Origin: the human T2T-CHM13v2.0 reference genome, Homo sapiens
Assembly: GCF_009914755.1 (NCBI RefSeq)
Contig: NC_060931.1
Strand: one strand, 5' to 3'
DNA: 64,000 nt
Both the position numbers and the translations under genes were made by a program. The notes beneath the pieces were generated by a model. That model searched no databases, was not told the origin of the DNA, and saw only the letters and a list, made by a program, of their open reading frames with translations. Position 1 is the first letter of the stretch; each line of letters begins with the position of its first letter. Below are positions 53,291 through 64,000 of this stretch, piece after piece.

Positions 53291-55076
53291 TAAACGGTCT
53301 CTCTTGAAAACAAGTACACATGCACAGAAAATTTTCTATTTCTGAAACAGATCATGTTCCCATTCTGACTGTATTGAATGATATAAATATGCAGGGAAAA
53401 AAAAAAGCCTTTTTACTCTCCATCATGGAATTCAGTGAGTGGTGATGAGTATTCCTGTCCGTGTTGAGGAGAAAATGTTTTAATAAAAAGAGGGAACTAG
53501 GAAGAGGTTAAATCCCACAGACAGATGTGAGTGAGATTGTATTAAAAAAAAACAAGAGGAGGTAATCATTCTATATCTAGACTGTAAATTTTATTCAAAC
53601 TACATGTTAAAATGAGGTCGTTTCACTTACAGTAAAAGCTAAGGCCATCAAGGGTTTTCTGTTGACCCATCTGGCATTTAATGTAGGACAGGAGTTTCCA
53701 AAGCAAAGGAGCTGGTACTTTACACAAAAGTTAGAAAGGCCACAAGGTTACTCTACAAATTTATGGACCTACTTTCATTTCATAGTGACTAAGGACTGGG
53801 CGCTGGGAAATATCCTTTTTTATTGCACTCAGCATATTTATTATATAAACAATCCAAATTCATTGCAGAATAATTAAAAGTAGTAGAGAATAAATAAATA
53901 GTGTTGCCTAAAGCCCCACCATTCAGAGGTCATCACCACTTTTACGTACTGATGTATCTCTATTCAGATATTATAAAAACATATGAATATATTTTATAAA
54001 ACTTTAACCAGCCCGGTATGTTTCATGACTTATTTTTTTCACTTGATACTCTTTTAAATATTTTCAAAAACATTTAATATCGATCTACATTAAGAAATAT
54101 CATAACATAGTATTCTGTTGTATGGAGTATGAATGTTCTTAACCAATTTTCTGTCATATATTATTTTTTGTTGATTTTTTGAATATATATCTTTATACTA
54201 AGGAAATATGTGTCAAAATTCTTAGAAGTAGAATTTTTGTATGTTTTAAATTGTTTTTCCTAATGTCCCACAGTTTATGCTCCTTAAAAAACGAGTACTT
54301 TATTGACTTTTCATTGCAGACTTTCTTATATCCATGGCAGACTTTTCTGTTAGTGACATGGTTTGTTTTTGTTTTTTTTTTTTAGTCTGCAATTCTCCTT
54401 AAAAAGGATTTCTGTCACATGGCAAAATGTTTTGTCAGATATCAGTTCTGGCCGTTGGTGACAGAGTCATGGAATATAAAAAGACATCGAGAAGAAATAT
54501 GTGTGATCTGGAATCGTGACCTTACAAGTGCATCTGCAACGTTGGCTGTGTTTGAGCAAGTGAATCTATATGACTAGAATTTTTTAATTGATACATGACA
54601 TTTGTACATATTTATGGGGTACCTGTGATATTTTGTTACATGCATAGAATGTTGAATAACCAAGTCATGGTATTCTGGGTATGCATCGCCTAGAGTATTT
54701 ACCGTTTCTATGTGTTGGGGACATTTCAAGTCCTCTCTCCTAGCTATTTTGAAATATACAATGCATTGTTGTTAACTATAGTCACACTATTCTGCTGTCA
54801 AACATCAGAACATTTCTTCTATCTAACTGTATGTTTGTACCTATTAACCAACCTTTCTCTTCATCTTCCCTCAACCCACATACCCTTGTTAGCCTCAGCT
54901 ATCTACTATTCTAATACCTACTTCCGTGAGATCAACTGTTTTAGTTCCCACAAACAAGTGAGAACATGCAGTATTTCTCTTTCTATGCCTGGCTTATTTC
55001 ACTTAATATAATGACCTCTAGTTCCATCTGTGTTGCTACACATGACAGGATTTCATTTTGTATGACCAAACAGCAT

Positions 55077-55077
<1 letters not shown>

Positions 55078-55126
<49 letters not shown>

Positions 55127-55295
55127 TTATATATATATACACACACACACATATATCCCTTTTATATATATATACATGTATATACATACATATATACATG
55201 TATATACATATATACATATATATGTATATATATAATCTGTATATACATATATGTGTATATATAATCTGTATATACATTTATATGTGTATATATAA

Positions 55296-55338
<43 letters not shown>
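55078..55338. repeat. Compound (TA)n-rich microsatellite
   Basis: Two pure (TA)n runs of about 40 bp flanking TACA/TATG variants. Confidence 0.97.
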
Positions 55339-55343
<5 letters not shown>

Positions 55344-56013
55344 TTCTTTATCCAGTCATCCTTTGATGGATGGAAGTTAATTCCACATCTTTGCTATTGT
55401 GAATAGTACTGCAATAAATATGGGAGTGAAGGTATCCCTTTGATATACTGATGTCTTTTCCTTTGGATAAATACCCAGTAGTTGCATGGCTGGATTGTAT
55501 GGTAGTTCTATTTTTAGTTTTTTGAAAAATTTTTATACTGTTTTCCACAGCGGCTGTACTAATTTGCATTCTCACCAACAGTGTGTAAGTCCCCTTTTCT
55601 CTGCATCTTCACCAGCATCTGCTATTTTTTTAAAATAATAGCCACCGTAGTTGGGATAAGAGAATATCTCATGTGGTTTTGATTTGCATTACCCTAACAA
55701 TTAGTGATGTTGAGCATTTTTCATATACTTATTGGTCATTTTTATGTCTTCTTTTAAGAAAGGTCTATTCATGTATTTTGCCCATTTTTAATGAATTATT
55801 TATGTTTTGCTATTGAGTTGCTTTAGTTCCTTATGTATTCTGAATATCAGTTCCTTGTCAAATGAATAGTTTGTAAATAGTTTCTTTCAGTCAACCATGT
55901 CTCTTTTGATTGTTTGCTTTGATGTGAAAAAGCTGTTTGGTTTAATATACTCCAATTTCTCTATTTTTGTTTTTGTTGTCTATGCTTTTGAGGACTTAGC
56001 CGTAAAATCTTTG

Positions 56014-56126
56014 ACGAGTTAACGGGTGCAGCCCACCAACATGGCACATGTATACATATGTAACAAACCTGCACGTTGTGCACATGTACCCTAAAACTTA
56101 AAGTATAATAATAATAAAATTTAAAA
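56014..56126 (+). mobile_element. About 113-bp 3' tip of L1PA3 inserted antisense into L1MA3
   Basis: ACGAGTTAACGGGTGCAG...CCCTAAAACTTAAAGTATAATAATAATAAAA; TSD AAA(A/G)TCTTTG at 56004-56013 and 56127-56136. Confidence 0.93.
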
Positions 56127-59100
56127 AAAGTCTTTGCCTAGACCTGGCATTTCCCCTGTGCTTTCTTTCTTCTAGTAGTTTTATAGTTTTGGGTCTATGT
56201 ATTTAAGTATTTTATCCATCTGGAGTTGATTTTTGCATATGGTGAGAGAGAGGGGTCCAGTTTAATTCTTTTTCATATGGATATCCAGTTTTCCCAGAAC
56301 CATTTATTGAAAAGGGTGTCCTTTCTTCAATGTATGTTCTTGGTGCCTATGTCAAAAATCAGTTGGCTGTAAATATGTGGATTTATTTCTGGGTTCTCTA
56401 TTCTGTTTAATTGGTCTATGTATTTTCTATTATACTGATACCATGCTGTTTTGCTTGCTAAAGCTTTGTAATATATTTTGAAGTACAATAGTGTGATGCC
56501 TCCAGCTTTGTTTCTTTTTCTTGAGATTGCTTTGGCTATTAAGGTTTTTCTTAGTTCTGTATGAATTTGAGGATTTTTTTTCTATTTCTGTGAAAAATGA
56601 CATTGGTATTTTGATAAAGGTTGCTTTGAATCTGCATTGCTTGAGGCAACATGGTTAGTTTGATTATATTAATTCTAATAGTCCATGAACAGGCATGTCC
56701 TTCCATTTGTTTGTATCCCCTTCAATTTCTTTCATCCATGTTTTGTGGTTTTCCTTGTAGAGGCCTTTCACCTCCTTGGGTAAACTCATTCTTAGAATTT
56801 TTTTTAGCTATTATAGATGGAATTGCCTTATTGATTTCTTTCTCAGCTAGTTTATTATTCATATGTAGAAACTCTAATAATTTTTGTATGTTGATTTTGT
56901 ATCCTGCAATTTTACTGAATTTATCAGATCTAATAGTTTTTTGTGAAATCTTTAGGTTTTTCTAGATATAAAACAATATCATCTGCAAAGAGGGACAATT
57001 TGACCTCGTTTTTCCAAGTTGGATGTCTTTATTTCTTCCTCTTGACTGACTGCTCTGGCTAGGACCTCCAATATTATGCTAAATAGGCATAGTAAAAGTG
57101 GGCTTCCTTTTCTTGTTACAGTTCTTAGAGGAAAAGTTTCAGCTTTTACATTTGATAAGATGTTAGCTGTGGATTTGTCCTATTTGGACTTTATTATGTT
57201 GAGGTGTGTTCCTTCTGTGCCTAGTTTGTTGAGAGTTTTTTTTTTTTTTATCGTAAGGGTAGGCTAAATGTTATCAAATGCTTTTTCTGCATCTATTGAG
57301 ATGATCATATGGTTTTTGTCTTTTGTTCTGTTGATGTGATATATCTTGTTTATTGATTTTCATATATTGAATCATTTTTGCATCCCTGAAATAAATTCCA
57401 CTTGGTCATGGTGTATTATCTTTTTCATGTGCTGTTGGATTTAATTTGCTAGTATTTTGTTAGTGATTTTTGTATCTATGTTCATCAGAAACAGTGGCCT
57501 GTGGTTTTGTATTTTTGTTGTGTCCTTGTTTGATTTTGGTATTAGGGTAATGTTGGCCTCATATAATGAGTTAGAGAGAATTCTCATCTCTTCAATTTCT
57601 TGGGATAGTTTGAGGTGAATTTGTGTTAGGTCTTTATAAGTTTCATAGAGTTTGGCAGTGAAGCCATCTAGTCCCAGACTTTTCTTTGTTGGGAGACTTT
57701 TTATTACTGATTCAACCTCATTACTCACTATTAGTCTGTTCAAGTTTTTTAAATTTTTGCTGATTCAATTTTTGCAGTTGTGTGTGTTCAGGAATTTATC
57801 CATATTCTCTAGGTTTTCCAGTTTGTTAGTGTGTGGTTGTTCATAATAGTCTCTGAAGATGTTTAGTATTTTTGTGGTATCAGTTGTAATGTCTCCTTTT
57901 TCATTTCTGATTTCATTTATATGGGCCTTCTCTCTTTTTTGTGGATAATCTAGAGAGTCATTTATTGATTTTGTTTACCTTTTTTAAAAAAACTTTTTTG
58001 TCTTGTTGATCCTTTGTATTTTTTAGTTTCTATGTTATTTAGTTCTGCACTGATATTTATTATTCCTTTTCTCTATTAATTTTGGGTTTCGTTTGTTCTT
58101 GTTTTTCTAGTTCCTAAAGGTGAATTATAACATTGTTTAGTTGACATTTTTCTGCTTTTTTGATGTTGGCCTTTATTACTATAAACATTCCTTTTAACAT
58201 TGCTTTTTTTGTATCTCATAGGTTTTGGTACGTCATGTTTTGATTTTCATTTGTTTCAAAAAAATTTTTATTTTCTCCTTAATTGCTTCTTTGACCCAAT
58301 GGTCATTCAGAAACATGTTGTGAAATTTCCATGTATTTGTAAAGTTTCCAATATTCCTCTTGTTACTGATTTCTAGTTGCATTTCATTGTTATCTGAAGA
58401 GATACTTAATGTGATTTTGATTTTTAAAAATTTATTGACATTGTCCTAACATATGGTCTATCCTGGAGAATGTTCCATGGGCTGATGAGAAGAATGCGTA
58501 TTCTGTAACTGTTGGATGAAATGTTCTGTAAAAGTCTTTTAGGTACATTTGGTCCAAAGTACCTTTTAAGGAAAATGATTTTTTGATTGTTGTTGTTAAT
58601 TTTCTGTCTAGATAGTCTAATACTGACAGTGGTATATTGAAGTCTATAAGTATTATTATATTGGATATATACTCTTCCTTTAGATCTAATACTAGATCTA
58701 ACACTGGGTACTCTGGTGTTGGGTGCATGCATGTTTAAGAATTGTTATATCGTTGCTGAATTGATCTTTTTATCATTATCTAATGACCTTCTTTGTCTAT
58801 TTTTACTGTTTTTGACTTAAAGTTCAGTTTATCTAAATATAGCTATTTCTGCTCACTTTTGGTTTCCATTTGCATGGAATATCTTTTTTCATCTCTTTAC
58901 TTTTAGTCTATATGTGTCTTTACAATTGAGATGAGTTTCTCTTACATAGCATATAGTCATATGGGTTTTTTTTTTTAAAGTCCATTCTGTCAGTCTGTAC
59001 CTTTTAATTGGCAAGTTTAATCTGTTTACATTCAACAATATTATTGATACATGAAGACTTATTTCTGATATTTTATTGATTTAGGATTGTTTTGTATGTC

Positions 59101-60490
59101 ATTTGTTCCCTTCTTTCTCTTATATTGTTTATCATTGTAGTTTGGTGATTTTCTGTAGTGGTAAATTTGAGTCCCTTCTTTGCATTTCTTTGCCTTAAAC
59201 ACAAATTTGCTCTACCTGTGGTTTTATACTTTTGTGTATTTTCATGATGGTAGATATCATTCTTTTTCCTCCAGGTGTAGAACTCCCTCAGGCATTTTTT
59301 ATAGGACCAGTCTAGTGATGATGAATTCCTTCAGCTTTTACTTGTCTAGGAAAGACTTTATTTCTCCTTCATTTGTGAAGGATAACTTTGCTGGGTATAG
59401 TATCCTTAGATATTTCTCTTCCAGCATTTTGAATATATCATTCCATTCTCTACTGGCCCGTAAGATTCCTGCTGAGAAATCCTCTGTTAGTCTGATGAGG
59501 GTTTCCTTACACATAAGTAGATGGTTTCCTGTTACTTTTAGAATTTTCTCTTTGTCTGTCACTTTTACCAATTTGACTATAATGTGCTATGGAGACAGCC
59601 TTTTGAAATTGTATCTCTTTTGAGATCTCTGAGCTTCCTTTATCTGGATGTCTAAATTTCTTGCCAGACTTGGGAATTTTTCAGCTATTATTTCATTACA
59701 TAGATTTGTTTTATTCTTTTTATTTTAAATTCGTCTTTTGGGACACCTAAATTTTGAGTATTTGGTTGCTTTATGGTGACCTATATGTCACATAAGTTTT
59801 GCTCATTCTTTTTCATTCTGTTTCAAATATTTGTCTGACTGGATTATTTCAAAAGACATGTCTTCATGGTCTCAAATGTTTTCTTCTGCTTGATCTAGCC
59901 TATGGTTGAAGCTTTGAATGTAATTTTACTTCATTCAATGAATTTTTTTTTCCAGAATTTTTGTTTGGTTTCTTTTTATGGTATCTATCTTTTTGGTAAA
60001 TTTTTAATTCATATCCTGCATTGTTTTTCTGATTTCTTTGTACTGTTTTTATGTGTTCTTTTGTATCTCACCAAGCTTCTTTAATATTATTTTGAATTCT
60101 CTTTTGAGGATTTCATAAATTTATTTTTTGCTGGAGAATTATTGTGTTCCTTTAAAGGTGTCATATTGCCTAGATTTTTTCATGTTCCTTTTGTCCTAAT
60201 ATTTATTTCTGTGCATCTAGTGTAATAATGACTTCTTCCATTTTTTAAAAATTTGCTTTTGTAGGGCAGGACATTTTCCTGAAGGTGTATTTATGGTGTT
60301 AATTGTGCAGGGCACTTTGACTTTGATTCTGGGGGCCAAATCATTCTGAATGATATATTTATCTGTGAATAGCATCAGTGGTATTTGTGATTTCTGCAGT
60401 GGCATTGGGTGTGGTTGCAGTAGAGGCTGTGGTAAAGTTGTTCTGGAAACCAGGATTCCAGGTGGGCCAGTTTTCAGGCTCCAGTAGTGG

Positions 60491-61702
60491 TGAGAGGTGA
60501 CAATGTGCTAGCAGCCCTCACTCTCTCTCAGGGCCTCCTTGGCCTCAGCGTCCACTCTGGCCACGCTTGAGGAGCCCTTCAGCCCACTGCTGCACTGTGG
60601 GAGCCCCTCTCTGGGCTGACCGAGGCCGGAGCCGGCTCTCTCTGCTTGCGGGGAGGTGTGGAGGGAGAGGCATGGCAGGAACCGGGGCCAGCGTGAGTTC
60701 CGGGTGGGCGCAGGCTCGGCAGGCCCTGCACTCCCAGTCACCGGCCAGTGCCGCTGGCCCCAGGCAGTGATGGCCCCAGGCCAGCAGCTGCAGAGGGTGC
60801 GCCAGGTCCCCCAGCACTGCCGGCCCACTGGCGCCATGCTCAAAATTCTCGCCAGGCCTCAGCTGCCTCCCTGCCGGGCAGGGCTCAGGACCTGCAGCCC
60901 GCCTGCAGGATCCCCGCCCCCCACCAAGGGCTGAAGGGTGCGGGTGCCTGCATGGGACTGGCAGGCAGCCCCACCTTCCGTCGGGTGTGGGATCCACTAA
61001 GCACCTGATCCACTAGGTGAAGCCAGCTGGCCTCCTGAGTCAGGTGGGGACTTGGAGAACTTTTATATCTAGCTAAAGGTTTATAAATGCACCAATCAGC
61101 ACCCTGTGTCTAGCTCAGCATTTGCAAAGGTACCATCAGCGCTCTGTGTCTAGCTAATCTAGTGCGGACTTGGAGAACTTTTGTGTCTAGCTAAAGGATT
61201 GTAAATGCACCAATCAGCACTCTGTGTCTAGCTCAAGGTTTGTAAATGCACCAATCAGCACCCTGTCAAAATGGACCAATCAGCTCTCTGTAAAATGGGC
61301 CAATCAGCTCTCTGTAAAATGGACCAATCAGCAGGATGTCAGTGGGGTCAGATAAGGGAATAAGAGCAGGCTGCCGGAGCCAGCAGCTGCAACCCGCTCC
61401 CTCGCCTTCCAGCTGGGGTTAGCTTTGATCTTTCGCTCTTCATAGTAAGTTATGCTGCTGCTCACTCTTGGGGTCTGTGCCGCCTTTATGAGCTATAACA
61501 CTCACCACGAAGGTCTGCAGCTTCACTCCTGAAGTCAGGGAGACCACGAACCAACCAGAAGGAAGAAACTCTGGACCCATCTGAACATCTGAAGGAACAA
61601 ACCCTGGACACACCATCTTTAAGAACTGTAACACTTGTTGCAAGGGTCTGCGGCTTCATTCTTGAAGTCAGTGAGACCAAGAACCCACCAATTCTGGACA
61701 CA
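60491..61702 (+). mobile_element. LTR12-family (ERV9; LTR12D-like) solo LTR, 1212 bp
   Basis: TGAGAGGTGACAATGTGCTAGCAGCCCTC...AAGAACCCACCAATTCTGGACACA; 4-bp TSD GTGG at 60487-60490 and 61703-61706. Confidence 0.95.
61085..61370 (+). promoter_or_regulatory. ERV9/LTR12 U3 enhancer-promoter: six CCAAT (NF-Y) boxes plus GATA site
   Basis: CCAAT at 61092, 61210, 61251, 61276, 61300, 61324; AGATAA 61350-61355; activity of this copy unknown. Confidence 0.6.
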
Positions 61703-64000
61703 GTGGCAATGGTGGACTGAGCATATTTGTCCTTGGGCCCCAGTGTGGTTTACACTGGTACAAGTGTTACTGGGTTTAAGCAGGCTGATTCTTGGGCTCC
61801 AGGTGGGTTTCTCAGATGCTGGTAGTGGCAGCAGTAGGCCAAGTGTGTGGTCAGGTTCTCAAGCCCCTCAGCAGCTGATGTGATGTGAATTATGTCAGTA
61901 GCAATGGTGGAGCAATCCACTGGAACCAAAACTGTCCACTTTGGTGTTGGAGGTGGCTGCAACAAGTTGGGAAGAACAGTTCTTGAGTTCAAGGAGTGGC
62001 AGCAGTGCACTGAGCATACCTTTTCTTGGGTTCCAAGGTGGCATACGCTGGCACCAGTGTTGGCAGGTCTAGGCAGGCTGATTCTTGGGCCTCCAGGCAG
62101 CTTGTTAAGGTGTAGGTAGTGGCAATGGTGGGCTAGGTGGGTAGGTGGACCCTCAGGTCCCTTGAAATGCTGCATGGGCGATGGCAGTAACAATGTGGGA
62201 GAATCCTGTCTCCCAAGTGATCTATGCAGGGTGTGATGGTGGCTGTGATCAGCTGGGTGGACCAATACCCAGGCCTGCAGGTGGCAGGGGCAGGTGGGTG
62301 CCAGCTATGGTGGTAGTGGCAGTTCAGGCAAGGCCAAACGCAGGCTCCTGGGAGGAGTGTTCAGGTCCCAACAGTGGTGGTTAAGGCTGGGCTGGCTGAC
62401 CTGTCCTCAGGCCTCCCAGTGGTACGTGAGGCTTTGGCTGTGGTAGGCAGGTGGGGTGATCACCAGACACATGGTTGAATGTGAGACTGGGGGCAGCAGT
62501 GGCTGTGCTGTGGTCCTGCTACTGGGGAGTGTGGGATTTCTTTCAGTGGCAGCAGCTATATGCAGGTGGGGAGTGTGTTCTTTGGCCTCAAGTGTTCGCT
62601 GTACGTGAGGTAGCCTATCCTCGGGGTGCTTATGAATGTGTGGTGGCTTTGCTGCTAGGGGAAGCAGCGTGGCTGCCAGTGGCTTGCCCTTTGGTGCCAG
62701 CAGCTGTGGGCAAGAGAGTCTGTCCCTGGGCCATGTGAAAATGCATGGTGATTCCATTGCTTGGGGCATAAGTGTCACTGTCAATGGCTCATGCTTCAGC
62801 CCTGGCAACAGCAGTCAGCCACAGCAGTAGCTGCAAGCAGAGAATTTCAATGAGTCTCCAGGGATATGGAGATTCAGGGGCTGCCTTGCTGTAGCTACTT
62901 AGGACTCAGAGTTGTGTAGGACACAGTGTGAGCTCCCTGTCTCGATCAATGCAATTGTGTGGTCTCCAGGCAGCCCCCTACATTAATCTCACGGCTCATG
63001 GTGGTTAAGGGATTCTTTCAGGGCAAGGATTTTAGGAGTTCGTGGTGGGAATGTAAATCATTAGAGGTCTCTCACTTACCCCTTCCTCACTTTGGAGAGC
63101 CTCTTCAGACTCCTAGCCCATCCCCGGCAAGCAGGCTGCCTTGCTTCCCCTCTCCTTCCATGCTTTTGATGTTTTGTGTCACTTCTTTGTTGAATTCGAA
63201 TGTTCTCTTTTAGATGATGTATTTGAAGTGTAATTCTCTACGTGCTATTTTGGTTCCCCTTTATGAAGAAGGCAAGTACCAGATGCTTCAGGTTAGACAT
63301 CTCAAAGCCCCTCCTAGATATTTTAGAAAGCTTTTGAGCAGCCAAAAGTTTGACTCAGGTATAGCTTGGTTCTTTTAAAAGCCAGTGTTATAATATTCTT
63401 TAGCCTTTCGAATTTTAAATATAAAATTTGATATATTGAACATTACAATGGGTACTTCGTGCATTATGCATCTTTCGTTCTTCTTCATAAACTCCTAACT
63501 TTCTATTTCTACTCTACCAAATTCAGCCACTTCCCATGAAGAAAACCAGAATAAAATGCCCTGTTTCAAATTCAGAATCAGGTTACATTTCTGGTCAATG
63601 ATTATGCATAAGAAATACATTTTTGGTGACCAAAGCTCTGTAATTTTTAGTGACTAACTATAGGGAAAACATTTACAAAGAAAAGATGTAGTCAGTGTCT
63701 ATGTAGCTTACACATACTGATATTCCCCAGAGTCCATTCGACATGTTCTCATTTCATAATGCATTGTTGGTACTGCCTATCTCAAACAACTAATTTAGGA
63801 GCAGTTTACACACAAGAGGAGTGGCCAAAATTGGAATAAAGCCAATCTTCTCAACAGGCCACTCACATGTGGCATCTGTACACATGGCCTGGATGTCTGC
63901 ACTTGATAGAAGATGAATAGTGCCAACCCTGGCAAGGGGGGAGGTAGATTAAGACCTGAATTCCAGAACTTAGTATTTTTCTTAGGATACAGAAGATTAG

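Larger units (their letters stand above)
54580..63313 (-). mobile_element. Near full-length L1MA3-type element (3'UTR, ORF2, ORF1, long 5'UTR), decayed
   Basis: L1MA3-like 3'UTR; ORF2 peptides GLDGFTAKLYETYK, SSAHGTFSRIDHMLG; ORF1 peptide IRLTEDFSA...RILYPAKLSF; possible TSD CTAGA(AT/TA)TTTT at 54574 and 63314. Confidence 0.92.

Noticed and set aside
60508-61008. GC-rich island with overlapping ORFs as a gene promoter or exon
   Set aside because: Entirely within LTR12 U3; ORFs reflect stop-codon scarcity in GC-rich DNA
61750-62830. 171-aa and 133-aa ORFs
   Set aside because: Inside the L1MA3 5'UTR repeats

Overview
Human genomic DNA: an AluYb8, a human-specific subfamily, lies at 44566-44868. 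The window is AT-rich, gene-poor and dominated by transposable elements: about 13 Alus, many L1s from ancient L1M/HAL1 to a young L1PA2, a near full-length L1MA3, solo LTRs (MLT1, MER51, THE1B, LTR16, LTR12), a MER58A, a MADE1 MITE, MIRs and microsatellites. I see no credible protein-coding exon, RNA gene or CRISPR array. The ORF track is explained by Alu/L1/LTR/low-complexity sequence, and the only long real frame is a 329-codon L1 ORF2 C-terminal remnant. I found no new multi-gene biological system. The most interesting signals are: (i) two orphan poly(A)+TSD retrocopies, one resembling a CpG-decayed CpG-island RNA (24211-24528) and one an LTR fragment (51321-51398); (ii) an LTR12/ERV9 promoter whose poly(A) signal appears mutated into a GTAAGT splice donor; (iii) a well-formed candidate 96-nt exon at a MER51 LTR; (iv) several informative L1 insertion junctions. 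Subfamily names come from my recollection of consensus sequences, boundaries of old elements are approximate, and all need RepeatMasker/Dfam confirmation.
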